A program made the position numbers and the translations under genes. The notes beneath the pieces are model-generated. The model did not search any database. It had not been told where the DNA came from and saw only the letters and a program-made list of their open reading frames with translations. A DNA stretch of 64,000 bases from Perna viridis (taxonomy: Eukaryota), in assembly GCA_037379345.1 (NCBI GenBank), contig CM074519.1:38280103-38344102 (forward strand). Direction: 5' to 3'. How positions within the stretch are numbered: the stretch's first letter is position 1; every line of letters begins with the position of its first letter. This document shows, one piece after another, positions 38,201 through 52,855 of the stretch.

Positions 38201-38719
38201 TTTCCTGCACTCTTGTTTCGTCTGATTTTATAGTAGATCTTGACTAATAAAGGAAGAAGTGCAATTGGCATTTTGTTTCTGTTTTCTGCATTTAAAACTG
38301 AGATGAAGGTCTGAACCAATTACTTATATGAGAAGTCTTTCTTATACTAGAAGTTTATATTCACATTTTTTTTAAATGAACCAAAGAGTCGTGTCGTTAT
38401 TTTCTTTTTTAGTTTATTTTGAAGAAGTGTCATCGTTCTGCTAGAATGGATTTTATTACTTTTGTTTTCGGTGCTTTTCAGGGCTTGCTTAAAGGTGTGT
38501 TTACACTTGTTGAATCCATTTTGGTGATTTCTGAAAGTTATAATTATATTTGTTTTAAGGTTATTCGTCAGTGAATTTGTTTCGTTTCACTATATCTGTT
38601 CTTATTTCTGTTACTGAATTTACCCTAGACCCTTAAAATTGGAGAATGACGTTCGGATGATGGATTGGATATTTTTTCTTTTCCCGTAAAATATTTTCCT
38701 AAATGAAAATAATAACTGT

Positions 38720-39101
38720 TTTGTGTGTCTGTTTCCCATGTCTAGTCTTTGTCTCTGGATTACATACTTTTGATTTCCGCTAGAATCTTGGTTCCCTTAA
38801 TTACTCTTTAACATTTCAAATATCGTAAAAAAATCCCTTTTTAGTGTAAGTTGTAGTTGTATAGTGCACTAGAGAAAGGAGTAATGAACAATATACATGA
38901 AACAGTGAACAAAGGAACTAAGATTCGAACGTAAATCAAAAGAATATATACCAAAGATGAATACTAGGAAGGAAAATAGACACACATACACACACAACAA
39001 AGAACATGAAATAGCCAAAATGACCCGTACAAATAAACTAAATGAGCAACTCGGGCTCCTCTGAAAATTGGAGCATGGACCAGGTGCACCGATAGGGTAA
39101 G
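38720..39101. mobile_element. Two diverged, oppositely oriented copies of the retroposon-like repeat (38720-38809 and about 38905-39101)
   Basis: cttggttcccttaattactcttt is the reverse complement of the family terminus; the second copy has atgagcaactcgg...gcatggaccaggtgcaccgatagggtaag. Confidence 0.7.
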
Positions 39102-42100
39102 TGAGTGTAGAGTATCAATAACTATACATGCTACTTTGCCCACTCAGTCATCTGTTGGTTTTATTTGGTTGCATTGTGTCATTTGCTGTAACTGTAATAT
39201 CATTGATACATTGTCAAATGTGTTTGATTTATTTCAATATATCTATCAAATCTATGCTACGGAGTTGATAACATGCTACATATTTAGCTATGAACAATCA
39301 CATCTTATTTCATAGATTATGGTACACGTCTGTTTTACATATGTACGCTCAATATGATCATGGTTATTCATGTAATGATTGTGTATTTGTTACAATCTTT
39401 CTAATGGATTTATTTGCTCAATTTAGTCCATAGTCTCACGGAAAGAGGCGAAACCATGATTTTCCTTTCATGATTTTATACATTTGTCATCATAACACGG
39501 TAACTTCATGGATATAACGAAAATAACATTCAGCATAGTTTCTTTTGAACTTGAGATTATAATGTACAATATCTACTCAAGAGATACTATTTCTCAATTT
39601 GCATGTTTGGTACAACTTTGTTGATAATATTTTGAAATGCACTTTTATCATTATCATTAATTATTTTGGTTTTAAGCCATGAAATCATATTGATTTCTTT
39701 AATTTAATATTGGAAATCATCGTACGCTTAATTTTAATATCGTTTGTATAATAGCTTTGTGTAAATAATAAAGAATACTAAATAGAACATTTACTAAACA
39801 AATAAATTTGATAATTTTCTGTGTTGTTCAGGTCGCTCGGTCAGTCAATATTTCACGGTGGTAGAAAACATGTACATGCCATTTTTTAGTATGACAAAAA
39901 TATTTCATCGTACGAATTGTAGATATTTTTCATACAATGAGGTGATGATTTGACACAAAGCCTACGACATTGAGCGTTTATATCCATGTTTCTTACTTGT
40001 TTAGTTTCTTATATATGTCACATTCTGTTGTCATTTATCAAGAAAAAAATCAACAAAACATGGCGAAAGTGCAAACAAATGCTTATCTCAAAATGCTGCA
40101 CCTATATGTCCATATGGTTTGCATGTCATATCACGATGTTTTGTACTAAATTATAAAGTCCGTTTTTTTAGATTTTTTTTCTACTACAATTCCCTTTAGA
40201 TGTATATTGTGGTAGGTTTTTGTTGTTTGTTTTTAAGTAGCACTCCAGCTAAGGAACATGCAAAATGTGATTCATGGGTAAAAAGCCTACATATTTTTAT
40301 TTTGGATATTTTGTTTGAAATGTCATAGTAAACAGAAATTAACATGTGGTTTTTCATATAACCGGTGCTCATATGAGATAAGAATTATATAGAATGCACT
40401 GTAGATTTCAAAATTAAGAGAGATAACTCTGTAAGTGGCACTTAAATACAATAGAATATACTGGATTTTCAATGTGGATTATCTCCTAAGAGCAGCCAGA
40501 TTTGAATGAATATTTACACATTTCGTAGTATAGTCCAATAAAACAACCTAATTACAAAAATAAAAATATGTAGCCTTTTTTGGGGTGTATCACATTTTTA
40601 AGATTTTGCATGATTCTTACAAAGACTGCTACTTAATTGTTCTGCTTGTGTGTTATATGCATTCAAATATCAACGAAAATATCGTAGTCTTTCATTCAAA
40701 TATACACACAAAAATATTTTTTTAAAAAAATATCTCCGTGTAAGATATATCTACAGTATTTAAATATTGAAATTTCTGCGATGTGTTGTGGGTATAGTAC
40801 GGATGTAAGTATACGGGTTTGTGTTTATCAAATACAACGTGTTTGTCTTTTTTGTTTCACTGGGATATATTTGTCAAAGATTTTCCATTAGCTTTTAATG
40901 GGCTCTTACAAATGAAAACTGCTTCAGCCCAACAGAATGTATACATGTATATTATAATCAAAGACATGTTGCAACAAACATCAAAGCACTCAGAAATATT
41001 TATTTTGACCTTATCTGTATACATCTACCACCAACAAGAGGAATTATTTAGAGGTAAAATTAAAATAGAATCAGAACTATATTTATTCAATTCCTTAGGT
41101 AGAGTTGGTTCAAAAGTTTAATATCTTTACTTAAACAGTTAATATATTTTTCTTTTTGCTTATTATTTTTTTTTAAATAAATTTGGGTTGTTCTGTTCTG
41201 CTGTTGTTGTTGTGTGTGTAAAATTATTTTTCTTTGTTATACTGTTTATTTTATTTATTTATTATTATTATTATTATTATTGTATAATATCAGTTGATTT
41301 GGGTTTTTTTTATTAGTTACACATAATATTCATATTATTATGTCTTTCTTTGAAAATTGAAGTTTTAGACAGAGTTATCTGCCTTTGAAATGTTCGTTTT
41401 CAGTGCATTTAAAAAAAATTGTAACTCAATGGTGCAACATGACATAGAAAATCTTGCCTGTTTTTCCTTTATTCTGATGGTGAAAAAAGTCAAATTAAAC
41501 TATCAAAATGGTGGGTTTTTTTCATACCATGTTTCACCCACTGCCTGATTCTTACAGATGCTTTTACTAAAGCAGAACCCATTTGTGACGTTATTGAATC
41601 TGCTTAGTAAATGACGTCAGTCTATTGTCTATGACGTTGATCATGGTTAATCACGCATTTGTTGTACCACTGTACATAGTGTTCTCAAAACCTTTGCTGA
41701 ATGTCATTTTCATGATATTATAAATATGAAAATGATTACTTTAAAATATCGGCTAGTTCACCAATTCGAATGTCTTCACTACGAAAGGAATTGTCATTTT
41801 TTCAGTCTATTTATAAAGCAGTTGTTCTATCTTGCAAAGCATTGTAAATGAACTCGTATGGATCCAAACTACTTCAAGGACTTGCTAAGTACATGTGTCA
41901 TTTGTGGTAACGTTTTCGTTGTGGTGTAGAAAACAATAAAACTCTCCCGTATGTCAACAAGAAATATTTTATAGAATAAGTTAATCTGTTCATTAAATCA
42001 TACTAGGGGCGTCAAACATGACCCGGTAGCGATACTTTGTCGCCATTTCTTTCGAATTATTATAACTTGGTCAGTTTTGTGGTTTATCGTCTGCCAACAT

Positions 42101-45100
42101 GTCTAATTATAAACATACAGGAGAAGTATGACCTTATATATTATACCATAACTGTAATTCATTACTTAATTTTAGAAACTTGTGTATAAATTATTGTGTA
42201 TCATTAATCAAGTTAAATCTTTAATTGAACAATTAACTCAAAATGTAAATCGTTGAAATGAATTAAAATTCTACGTATGCAAAGAATCAGATAATCCCCG
42301 TTTACCGTAGCTTTTCTAAAAGACCCTCTCCGAAAATTGCTTTTTCTAGGGGTGTAATTTCATGTATCTTCTATTGGCCAATAAGTAAAATTGTATTTCA
42401 ATGCCAGTTATTTTGGTTTTTGTTTTGGTTTTGGTTTTGAGTGTGTGTTATCTGTCAATTTTATCTAAATGTCTATTGTTCTAATGTTTTAAGGGGTGGG
42501 GCTCGGTGTTTGTTGTTGTTCATCTGTCGGTGAATATGATATGGAAAAATTGCTTGCCTTTGTTTTCCTTTTTCAAAATATGAGAAGTAATAAACAAAAT
42601 CGGCGATGTTTTCAAGTGTTACAGGAAATTTGTCTACGAACCATTTCTATGTACTTTACTACATCGAAAGTCTTCATGGCCGACTACAAATCGTGTGTTC
42701 TTACTGGCGTATGCGATACTGAATACTAATTTTTGGTAGGTTCCGAGTTGCGTATTCAATTTTAGTTCTCTGTGTGTTTGTTTTAACTTGATATGTTTGG
42801 TTATTTTTGTTTTCTGCTGTTTCTCATAATTGATTTTGCCTTTGTCTTTTAGCATGTGCTGTCAGATTTGTCCTTTGAAACATATTTGTCCTTAATTTTG
42901 CTTATTTTGTTTGTACTGTGTATATGCCTTTTTGTACTGACCATTTAACACCCTGTTCTCTCTCATGCTTTCGGACAGCTCGATGTTGTTGACAGATATG
43001 ATCTCTCTTAACATGAACGCTTTAAAGTTTTATTTTCATACCTATTTAATAAGATTTGACCACTTAAGTAAAAGTATTTACAAGATTGTCCTTACTGTGT
43101 AAAGTTTAAATCAGTGTCTGTTTACTACTTAATATCCCAGACTCCTGACAAAACCTTTATCACCTTTTACGATCAGTGTGTTATGAAGGCACGAATTTCA
43201 TCAGAGTTTCAATTCATATAAATCCAAAAATTGGCTTTAAATGAAAAGATTAGATTATCATGGACTTAAGGTGTTATTCTTAGTAAATGTAGCGTAAAAA
43301 CGTACATGGACATTTTATAAAGCTGCCCATAGGCCATAGTCGTGTGTCGCTAAAAGTAAATTTTTGTCCCGTCACCTGCTTTTTCTGGGGACTACTGGTC
43401 TAGCGTCTGTCATTCAAGTTTACATCATTTTGAGCTAATCAGTTAAATCCATCTTCTTTCACAGTGAGTTGGCATATTTATCCATTTTGTAAATTATAGT
43501 TTTCTTTTTTACGAGTGAAATATAGCAATTAGGGCGATATTTTTCTCTCTAGCATGCTGTTGGTAAAATTAGAATATAATATGATTGTCTTAAATTGCAT
43601 CAGCAGGTTTTGGCTATTAAAAGTAGTGGACGTCTGTCTGCTCTTGTTTATCCAGAAAAAAGGTAAATATTTGATTGGTCAAGTAAATGCCTTTCTATTC
43701 AATGTAACGTAAAGGGTTTAGGGTTCATCCCTTACCACAGGTAAGCCCATCATATTAACACACCAACAGAAATTGACAACTTTCTGGCAGAGTTAAAAAG
43801 ATGCCAGGAAGACAATCTGATACCGGTTTCATAAGACTGAATTGAATTGTCCTTAAAATTCATCATGTAAACATGGCTTCTGATTCTTAATTGTGTTTTC
43901 ACAAAGCAAGGTTGAACTTCATTCAGGATGACAGCATCAAAAGAATACATTATGGAAATGAATTTCGTTGCCCATTAAATTTTCAAGTACAAAGACAAAT
44001 CTTAATGTATATTAGAGTACTTGAGAACAATTTAGATTTTTTTACTTGTTTATGAACTTAAACTGCACTCAACAACCATGATGAATTGGAACAGTCCGGG
44101 TTCCCATTCCGTATGATAAATTGGGGCAGAATTTGAAAACAGACTATTTCAAGTAAAATGGCGCCACTTTCTTGAGCCGTGTCGTTTTTAAACTTATGAC
44201 TTTCGAACTTAGTAGTAATGTCGGCGCTCTATTTGACGCATTTTTACTGCAAATCCCGTATAAAACAATAAATTGTAAAGAAAATTTGACATAGTACACC
44301 GCTATAGATCACGAAACAACTTGTATTTTGTCAAAATGATATTGTCGAACACTGGTGATAAACATAAGTTGTCATGTGAACATGGTCGGGATAAATAATG
44401 GTCGAAGATCCGTAAACAATCCTCTAATTAAGTTAATACACACTATTTATCGGATGGCAGTATTATGTCCACTTTGTGGTCTCTTTTCAAGGACAATTGA
44501 CGTGGGGGTGATAATCACAATCTTCAAAAACAATGACACGTACATCACACAAGGTTCTCACAAGTTAAACATGGTGGACTTTCTGTTTTGCATCTAATAT
44601 GATCAAAGACAGCGAGAAAACAAGTTTCAGTGAATCGGTTGGTAAAAACAAACGAACTGTCGCAATATCATACATGGAAATCAGTGAGAGAATCTCTTTG
44701 ATTTTCTCTATAATATATTTGTAGTAGGTTTAACTTGGTCTGACCAAAATGTTTGTGTTGAAAACAAACACTTCCCTTGCCATATGAACAATATGTACAA
44801 TCGTGCTTTTTCTCTGATAAAACATCAGTTGTTTGTCATACGCAAGAAAATACATCATGTTTGGCCAAACATTTCGTTTTATTTGATTGTTGATATTAAG
44901 CGTATCGTTGCAAAAGACGCGTAATATTTTTAGAAGCTATGTTTCCGGTTATTAGATGTATCACAACAAATTATACGATATTTATAATAAAAATTTTCAC
45001 CAGCTAATTTGTTCACGGGTTTGGTCGTTAGCCGCGAAAGTTTGCCATCAGCATGTCACCAAGGAGTCAAGTATTCGATCCTCGGTAGTTGAAGTATAAT

Positions 45101-45678
45101 TTAGTTCTCACCCGTTACATAAAAGTTAGAAATCAAGTTACTACGGAGTTCTGAAAGAGACGTGCCAAGAACACATATTTCTTCTCACAAAAATATAGAA
45201 TGCTAATGTGTTAATAGTGTGCACACATCACGGTATTCACAAAATAATTATATTGTGTGCACATGGTAATTGTGCTGTATACACACTATAATACCATATG
45301 CACGCAAGATATCATAATGTGAGCTCAATGTATATGATGTGAGTACAATATATATTTGAGCCCACATTTCTCTTTCTTTTCATGTCCTTATCGGAGCTCC
45401 GTCAGTTAGTAATATTCTTTTACAGAACATTGAGAACTAAAACACACGATTTCTCTTTCCATTATTTTCAATTCGTGCGGGGTAAGAAGAATATTATATT
45501 ATATCTTTTAATTTACCAAATTCTATTCAGCATAAAGGCCAATAAACATGACAGAAGTAATGTAGCAGACATGAAATTTTTAACACATAAGTTAGAAACA
45601 ATGCGTCAGGTCAATGTTCCAAAATTTAAGAGGATTCTTTCAATTTTTTTTATTTATAATTTCGCATATGACTCTAAT

Positions 45679-45813
45679 NNNNNNNNNNNNNNNNNNNNNN
45701 NNNNNNNNNNNNNNNNNNNNNNNNNNNNNNNNNNNNNNNNNNNNNNNNNNNNNNNNNNNNNNNNNNNNNNNNNNNNNNNNNNNNNNNNNNNNNNNNNNNN
45801 NNNNNNNNNNNNN
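45679..45813. other. Assembly gap (135 N)
   Basis: Run of N. Confidence 1.
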
Positions 45814-45837
45814 NTGTTTTGTTGTTCACAAGCAAAT

Positions 45838-46035
45838 ATTTTTCACGTGAAATTCATGTTAATTGAGCTTCACATGAAATTCATGTGAATTTCACATGAA
45901 ATTAACATGATTTTCATGTGAAATTCACTAAACACGATTTTTTTGTGAACATTTCGTGTGAATTTCACGTGAACTCTTCCACTTAGTTTATTTGCTCAAT
46001 TCAGGTGAAAATCATGTAAAATAATTTTGCCTGTG
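45838..46035. repeat. Short-period (T)TTCACGTGAA/TTCATGTGAA palindromic repeat cluster, probably a MITE arm
   Basis: About 10 variants of ttcacgtgaa next to the gap. Confidence 0.6.
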
Positions 46036-49000
46036 TTGTGTTTATTTTGTTTGTTCGTTTGGTGTGTGTGTGTTGTTTTTTGTTTCGCCGATTGTATTCA
46101 ATTTTGCGTTTCCCTTCTTTTACATTTTTGGAATGTGTAAATGTTCGCACTGTTTTCGTCACGTTTGACTACACAAGTTTACAAAACGACACTTACATAC
46201 AATTCATCAAAGATCGTCTGTATTAATTCATCATGTTTAAATTGTCAACTTCTGTACAATGAGTTAAGCTATTTATTTCTTTTCAATTATTTGGCACCAC
46301 AAATTTAGATTTTAATTTTCCTGTTGCATGTTAAACTGTTATATAACAGTACAACTCAGTTCGTTTCGTGATCTTCTGTTATTTTCTATTTAAAAAATAA
46401 AGACGATGTGTTCATTAGAGTCTGTTGCTTACTGCCATAAAATATTTTCAAATGAGTGTCAGTTTTAAACAATATTGTTTATACGGTTAACATCTGACTG
46501 TTGTATATGTGTGTGGAGTAAAATAACGAGGCAGTACAAAATTACAATTGATAAATACATACATTAACAATATAAAAATTGAATCCCACAGAAAAAATCC
46601 ATTACAGCATGACACCAAAAATCTCCTTTGTAAAGAAGTCTTCGTTCGCGGTTTTTCATTCTTGTCATAAGTTGGGGGTGTGTATAATTGTGTATGTAAT
46701 TTGTTTTTGTTTGGTTTCTTTTATTTTATTTTTGCTTTGGTTTAATTTTGTCTTGTTTTTGTTTGTTTGTTTGTTGTTTTTTTTTCGTCATTTTTGTTTT
46801 GTCGTTTCCCTTTTGGTTGTTTTCCATTTCTGTTGCATTGGTTTTGTTTGTTTGATTCGTCTGTCTGTTTGTTTGGTTTTCTTTTTGTTGTTGTTTGTGT
46901 TTTGTTTCTTATGCAGGGTTATTTTGCTGGTATTAATGTAAATATTGAGAAATGCGTTTTGTTCGTTCTAAACAAAGTTACAAATTAATGATAAGATACA
47001 TTTCACATTATCTATGTGTGTGAGTGGGTTACTGGTTTGTTGTGTTTTGGATGCTTGAGTTGTTTTGTTTTTATTTTGTGGGCGGGTAGAGTCATGTTTA
47101 TAGCGATGCTATTACAGGCACTAATCCAGTGATGTAATGGAAAGGGGGTTCGAAGCTTTATACAGACATTTTTGTCTCCAAAAAATCTAAAGAAGGGGAT
47201 TAAGATCCGGAACCCCAATCCGAGATTCGCCAATGCTTTATCTGTTTCCTAATATTAGGGTTCATTAATTTACTTAGATCGAAGACAGGTTTGTTAGTTA
47301 AATCATTATAACAGCAAATATTTCAGACTGTGAACTGATAGGGTCAGGGGGATCTATTGAGATATCACTGGCGAAAATAAATACTTCTGTCGGGTCATTC
47401 TAAAATTTATTTTATTGTTGTCAAATTCGTGATTGTTTCCATTTAAGCTTGCTTACCATCCATAACTAAGAGAGTAATAATTCTAGTAGATAATTGTTTC
47501 ATAAACCATGTTTTATGACATTTTAAACGACTAAGTGTCAAATTTTAACATCTTAACTTGACCGAAATTGCAGTGTTTAGGTTTGGGTAGCTGACTGCGG
47601 AGAATGATTTTAATATGTGTGTACCCAGTACCAGGGTTCTAGGGTACAATGGGCGTACGATTGATTGTGATTTTTGACATGAGAAGAACAGCATGATGAG
47701 AATCAACGTTTTTATCCTGTAAACTTCATCACATACTACATTCACTGCATACATGTGATCACCAAGGATGATTTATACTAAACAAATAGGGTTTGAAGTA
47801 TCACAAAATAGCATATATTTATCAGAAAGTTCAGCGGTTTAGGCCTCAATATAACCATGGAAACCATAATAACCATCTTTTTATTGTCTACCACAATTTT
47901 TATGGTAGACAATAAAAAGCTTCAAATATCGAGGAATTATTCCCGGTTCATGGTATAACCTAGATTTAAATCGACTATTATATAAATGGGTAGATACCGG
48001 CTATTTTTATTGGAGGCATCCCTATGGATATAACCCACTCGAGTCTTGAGGAAGAAATATTATTTATAGCATCATTGATTTCATATCTACTTGGCTAAGT
48101 CCCTCAGCACAATGACATGAGAAAGACGCATCTCTTTTGTAATCTTTTTAAATATCTCAAACCAAAGAGACATTGGTCCAGAAATGTCCATGTGGAAAAC
48201 GTCATAATTATGACATACCACCGTGACTTTTTACCCAACCGATAAAATCCAATCCTGTCTCTAAGTAAAATACTGGTGAACAGTGGGTTATCGTGTGAGA
48301 AACACATGAAATGGTAATAACCACCACCTGAACTCGTTTCAAATGTTCTTTACGGGAGCTAAAATTTCGACTCAACACGAGGAGTGTTACTGAAACTTTT
48401 ACTAATACCCAAAGCTGTGTTTAACACCTTCCATTGTAAGGTATGTGTTAAGGTATGTATGACCAATGAAGATTTATTGAAATAATTAACGGCTGCTGTT
48501 ACCTGCGTGTGATAATTACGGGTATGTTACAGGTAAGTAGATATCTTCAATGTTTGAATGTTTTGTTTGAAAGCGTGTAAAGTTGTGAAATACAAACCTG
48601 TTGGGAAAGCTGACACTGGCATGAGGGTACCTGGTTACTTGTTAGTGACTTAGATGCTACAGAATTGTCGCTGATTTGTACAAATCTATTATCTGCCTTA
48701 ACCATACCTCGTCTACGTTGCTAAAATTTAAAAAGAAGTCGTTACTTATTATTACATTGCAAATATATAGCACGACGTTTAATAAGGGGGAAGAGCGAAG
48801 GGGAAAAAATGAAAAAAAAATTCATGTAACATGTCTTTAAAATCACAGAAACCAAGTTTTTTCGTGTGTATAAAATATGTATATCATATATCTGATATTC
48901 ACGTGACGTGAAATTTTAAGAACGTTTTAGAAATGACAAATCAGGCGTAAGAACGACTAAATAATCTTTTCTTGGTTCTAAAACCCGGATAACCTGGAAA

Positions 49001-52000
49001 AAATGGATGTGATTTAATGCATTTTAAGATGCTATGTGGTCCAACCAAGCGTAAATGTTACCTGGAAACAAAGACTTTTGCTTTTCTGATTCCGGCCATT
49101 AGGTATATCTGGTAGTCAATACCGGAAGTAAATCTCAAATCGAGGGCGTCATTATCGTTCCCCGTAACTATTATTTAACAGATCATTACACACATTTTTG
49201 AACTAAACTTCATGTTGTCAGCAATCACCGCAGTTTTAAGTGAGAGTAAAAGACTTCTTAGATGCTAAATTGGTCGTTAATGTCACAAGGTTAAAGCCTG
49301 TTGAGTACAAAGTGTTTAGATCGACCAACTACATGCACTATGGCTCTGGCGTTAACAAATTCTTTAAACGCCTAGATTCCACAAAGAAACGCACAGGATT
49401 AACATTTTATATGGATTTTTTGGATGACAACACAACCATAATGGTTAAACTTGTATTAGAGAAAGAAATGTGCAATAAAAAAAATAAGATTCAAATTTAA
49501 GTAAACAAAATTGTTCACAAAGCATGACTTTAGCATAAACAATAAATCTTGATAAAAAAAACACACACACCGGTGAGACCGATAATTTTGTATATCATTT
49601 ACCAAGCTCCACGCAGCGGCAGACGTTCGTTTCCTCTCTTATTAAACGTTGCAGACGGGCCTTTCGAAATTCTCGGGCGATATTCAAATCATACGTCGTT
49701 TGACAATAGGATAATGTCGCGCAAAATCATTCACCTTTCCCCGACTTGGCAAGATTCTAGCATTTTCTGAGGGGACTGGTGGTAGCGTCTAGAGTGAATG
49801 TTGAACGTCAGACGCTGTTTAGGAGCTTGATCATTTATTCTGGTTTTACCAATGCAGAACATAGGTTTAATCTGATTCCCTGGTCAATATAATAAGCCAC
49901 CCAAGGATCACTGAAAATATAGACTCAGGTCACCAGCGACGGATGTGCACAAAATATGAGTGACTTGCCGCTTATGAAATAAAATAAAAAACAAAGATGA
50001 GATTTCTAATAGTGCATTTATATCGAAAGATAATATAAGTAATTCGAAGAAAAAAATATTTAAACGTATTTTTCTTTAAATTTGAATATTAGAACGTATG
50101 AAAGTAAATAAAATAACGTCACATTCGCTCAGCCAATCAAAAGACAGAAGACGTCACTGATGACCCGGGGTTATATTTGAGAGAAACTTGTGGAACGAAA
50201 CTATTATTTTGGGCTTCCAGATTAAACATAGGTTGCACTATACAGATGGGACTGAGGTGCACTGTTTCGTACACAAAACTGACCGGCATAATTATGTAAA
50301 AATTAAAATTAAAAGGTGAAACTTGGTGGAAATATTGATTGCGGATAGTAGAGCATTCTTACCTAAATAGATGCAATACTTGTGAAGGTAAAGAGGTGTA
50401 AAATGCATGCATCAAGCTATTCGGAAAGATTCAGGTCCTCACCCGATTGGGTTCTTTTCCCTGTATCAACTGGCTGTTTTTCAAAAAATGCAAAACTTCG
50501 CACGAACTTTTAAGACTTAAAATCATCAACAAATGATCAGAAAAAGGTACACTATTTATTTGGGTTTTTTTTGTCAATAATACCAGGCCCGCTTACTTTT
50601 TCTGGCAGTTTTAAAGTGCCTGATATTTTAGAAAACCTGTTTTTTGACATTTAATTTTGGGAAGGCACCCAAAATTTGTTATGGAAACTGATATATATTT
50701 TTATTATGTTACCATGGCTTCATATTTTCATGACAAAATAGAAAATGATATCTATCTTTTTTTTCATGGATCTCCATGATGTAAGGTTTGTTAAAATATA
50801 TACTTTTTACAGGAAAAAAATGTTGGATTTGTTTAAGTTTGCATAAATACGGACAAGGACACGGTTAAGAAGAGTGCATGCATATATATATAGTGGAACC
50901 ATAAGTATACAGAAAAACAAATTAATTTAGTAGCGTCACGTTGTACAGTTGTTGAGGAAATAAAATCAAAAACAGTTAAAATATGATAGTCAAAATCAAA
51001 TAATAAAATACAGAGACAAAAAACTAAAGCAATACCAGCGTGACGAAAACTACAACAAACAATAAAATATACTCACTGATAACTTTAATTCTAAGTATGA
51101 ACCGTATGATGTAAGTAATCTCTGTTTACTTTCTTAAAAATCTATATATATATATAATTGCATACAAAAAGCCGGTGCCTAACTTCAGTTCAATTGCATG
51201 AGTGTCAAAAAAAATCAGAGGTAAACAATAAATGAATGGCAAATATTAGTTAAATACGTTTACACATTATACGTTTTACGTGTGTATTTACTATACCAAT
51301 CTGATATTATTACCGTGTACATTTTTTCAAGAAGTAACCTCTCGTCAACAGCATTAGAACCAGTGAGAAGTCCGAGATCCAAATATAAATAATCTACAAG
51401 AAGTAAACAATACCAAGAAGTTCTACTGTGTGCAATGGTTTTACGGGTTTTCCATTTTAGGCTTTAACGGAAATGTCTGGTGTGTCAACAAAATACCGAA
51501 TTCAAATTATTTTATAGATGTAAAATCCAACAAAGGATTGTCATCAGAACAACACAAACGTTACACAACATACAATAAATAGATTTATAAAGGTATGATA
51601 TTAAATCGTATAGTTCATATACATGTTAATCATGAAAGAAGAGCTCCATGATTATAAGTGAAATATTTAAATATAGTTGAATATCAGGTATGTACAATAG
51701 TTAAGGTATAAAGATTATTGTATGATTTATTATTTCTTTATGTTTAATGTCAACTGTACAATATATAGCTGAAGACGGGTATTCAAAGCAGATAAAGTCA
51801 AATACGTAAAATTAAACTCAATTACAAATTCACAACAGAGTTCATCTACAAATATACAAAACAGTTCAATTACAATTATACAAAATATTCCAATGACAAT
51901 TATACAAAATATTCCAATGACAATTATAAAAAAAAATAGTTCAATGACATGTATACAATAAAGTTTACGGAGACGTATACAATCAAATAAAAATGAAGGT

Positions 52001-52855
52001 CAAGTAAAGGTTAAACCGGTCTTATTCTATGCATAAATAATGAAAATGTATCATTCAATAATTATATGATTTTAGGCTATGCCTATGATGCACGGAGCTC
52101 AATGTCATATTAAAAAGGCAAAACTTGCACAATCGTCTACTTCCGTGTCGACAAATTTCGTCACTTCAGCAGAATATTTTCAATAGTTCTGGGGTGGAGT
52201 TCTCGAAGCTATCCTGAGGTATGTCCTTAATCACGTCCTAAGACCAACAGACCAACTTAAGGATGGAGTAAGGATCATCTTATGACAATGTTAGGTTGTG
52301 TCTCGAAGCTATCTCAGACATGTCTCAAGTTAAAAACGTCATAGAGACATCCTAAGTATATTTTGTGAAATGTTTGAATGTTTTAATAAAAAAATATTAA
52401 ATACAGGAAAATGGTTGATATTGTGATATGGCAAATAAACAAAATTGCATATATAATAAGGAAAAAAACATTTGATTAACGGGGAGCATGGATTTTTTTT
52501 AAATTTTTTTTTATTTTTTATTATTATTATTATTTTTTTTTTTGGCAAAAAAGTTTTGTTTCATATTTTTGGTTAACAAATCAAATGATTGCTTCCTAAT
52601 TACATGTATGTGGGGGATTTAAAAACCGAATGAAGTTATTGATTTTCGATTGTTACATGTATGTATTAGGTATAGAAACAATAGCAAAATTTGTTTGAAT
52701 AAAGTGTCACTGATGGGGAGACATATTGTTTTTAGTCTGTTCCTCACAAAGATTGACAGCGCAACTCTTCTTGTGGTAATGAAATCATATGTATTTGTGC
52801 GTATTACCAGAAAATTTATAGCATACATAAAGCACAATAGTACGATAGTACGACA

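Noticed and set aside
36950-38620. Possible decayed minus-strand coding region (retroelement ORF1 or EF-hand-like EVISAMYDLLG)
   Set aside because: Many stops, no splice sites and no motif I can assign.
45016-45119. tRNA/B-box-like ttcgatcc segment ending ccgttaca
   Set aside because: Does not fold as a tRNA; probably a degraded repeat that I cannot classify.
45382-45888. 168-aa and 78-aa ORFs
   Set aside because: Artificially extended across the N gap.
46579-46988. Hydrophobic F/V/L/C-rich ORFs (also 62865-63239)
   Set aside because: Translation of GT/T-rich low-complexity DNA.
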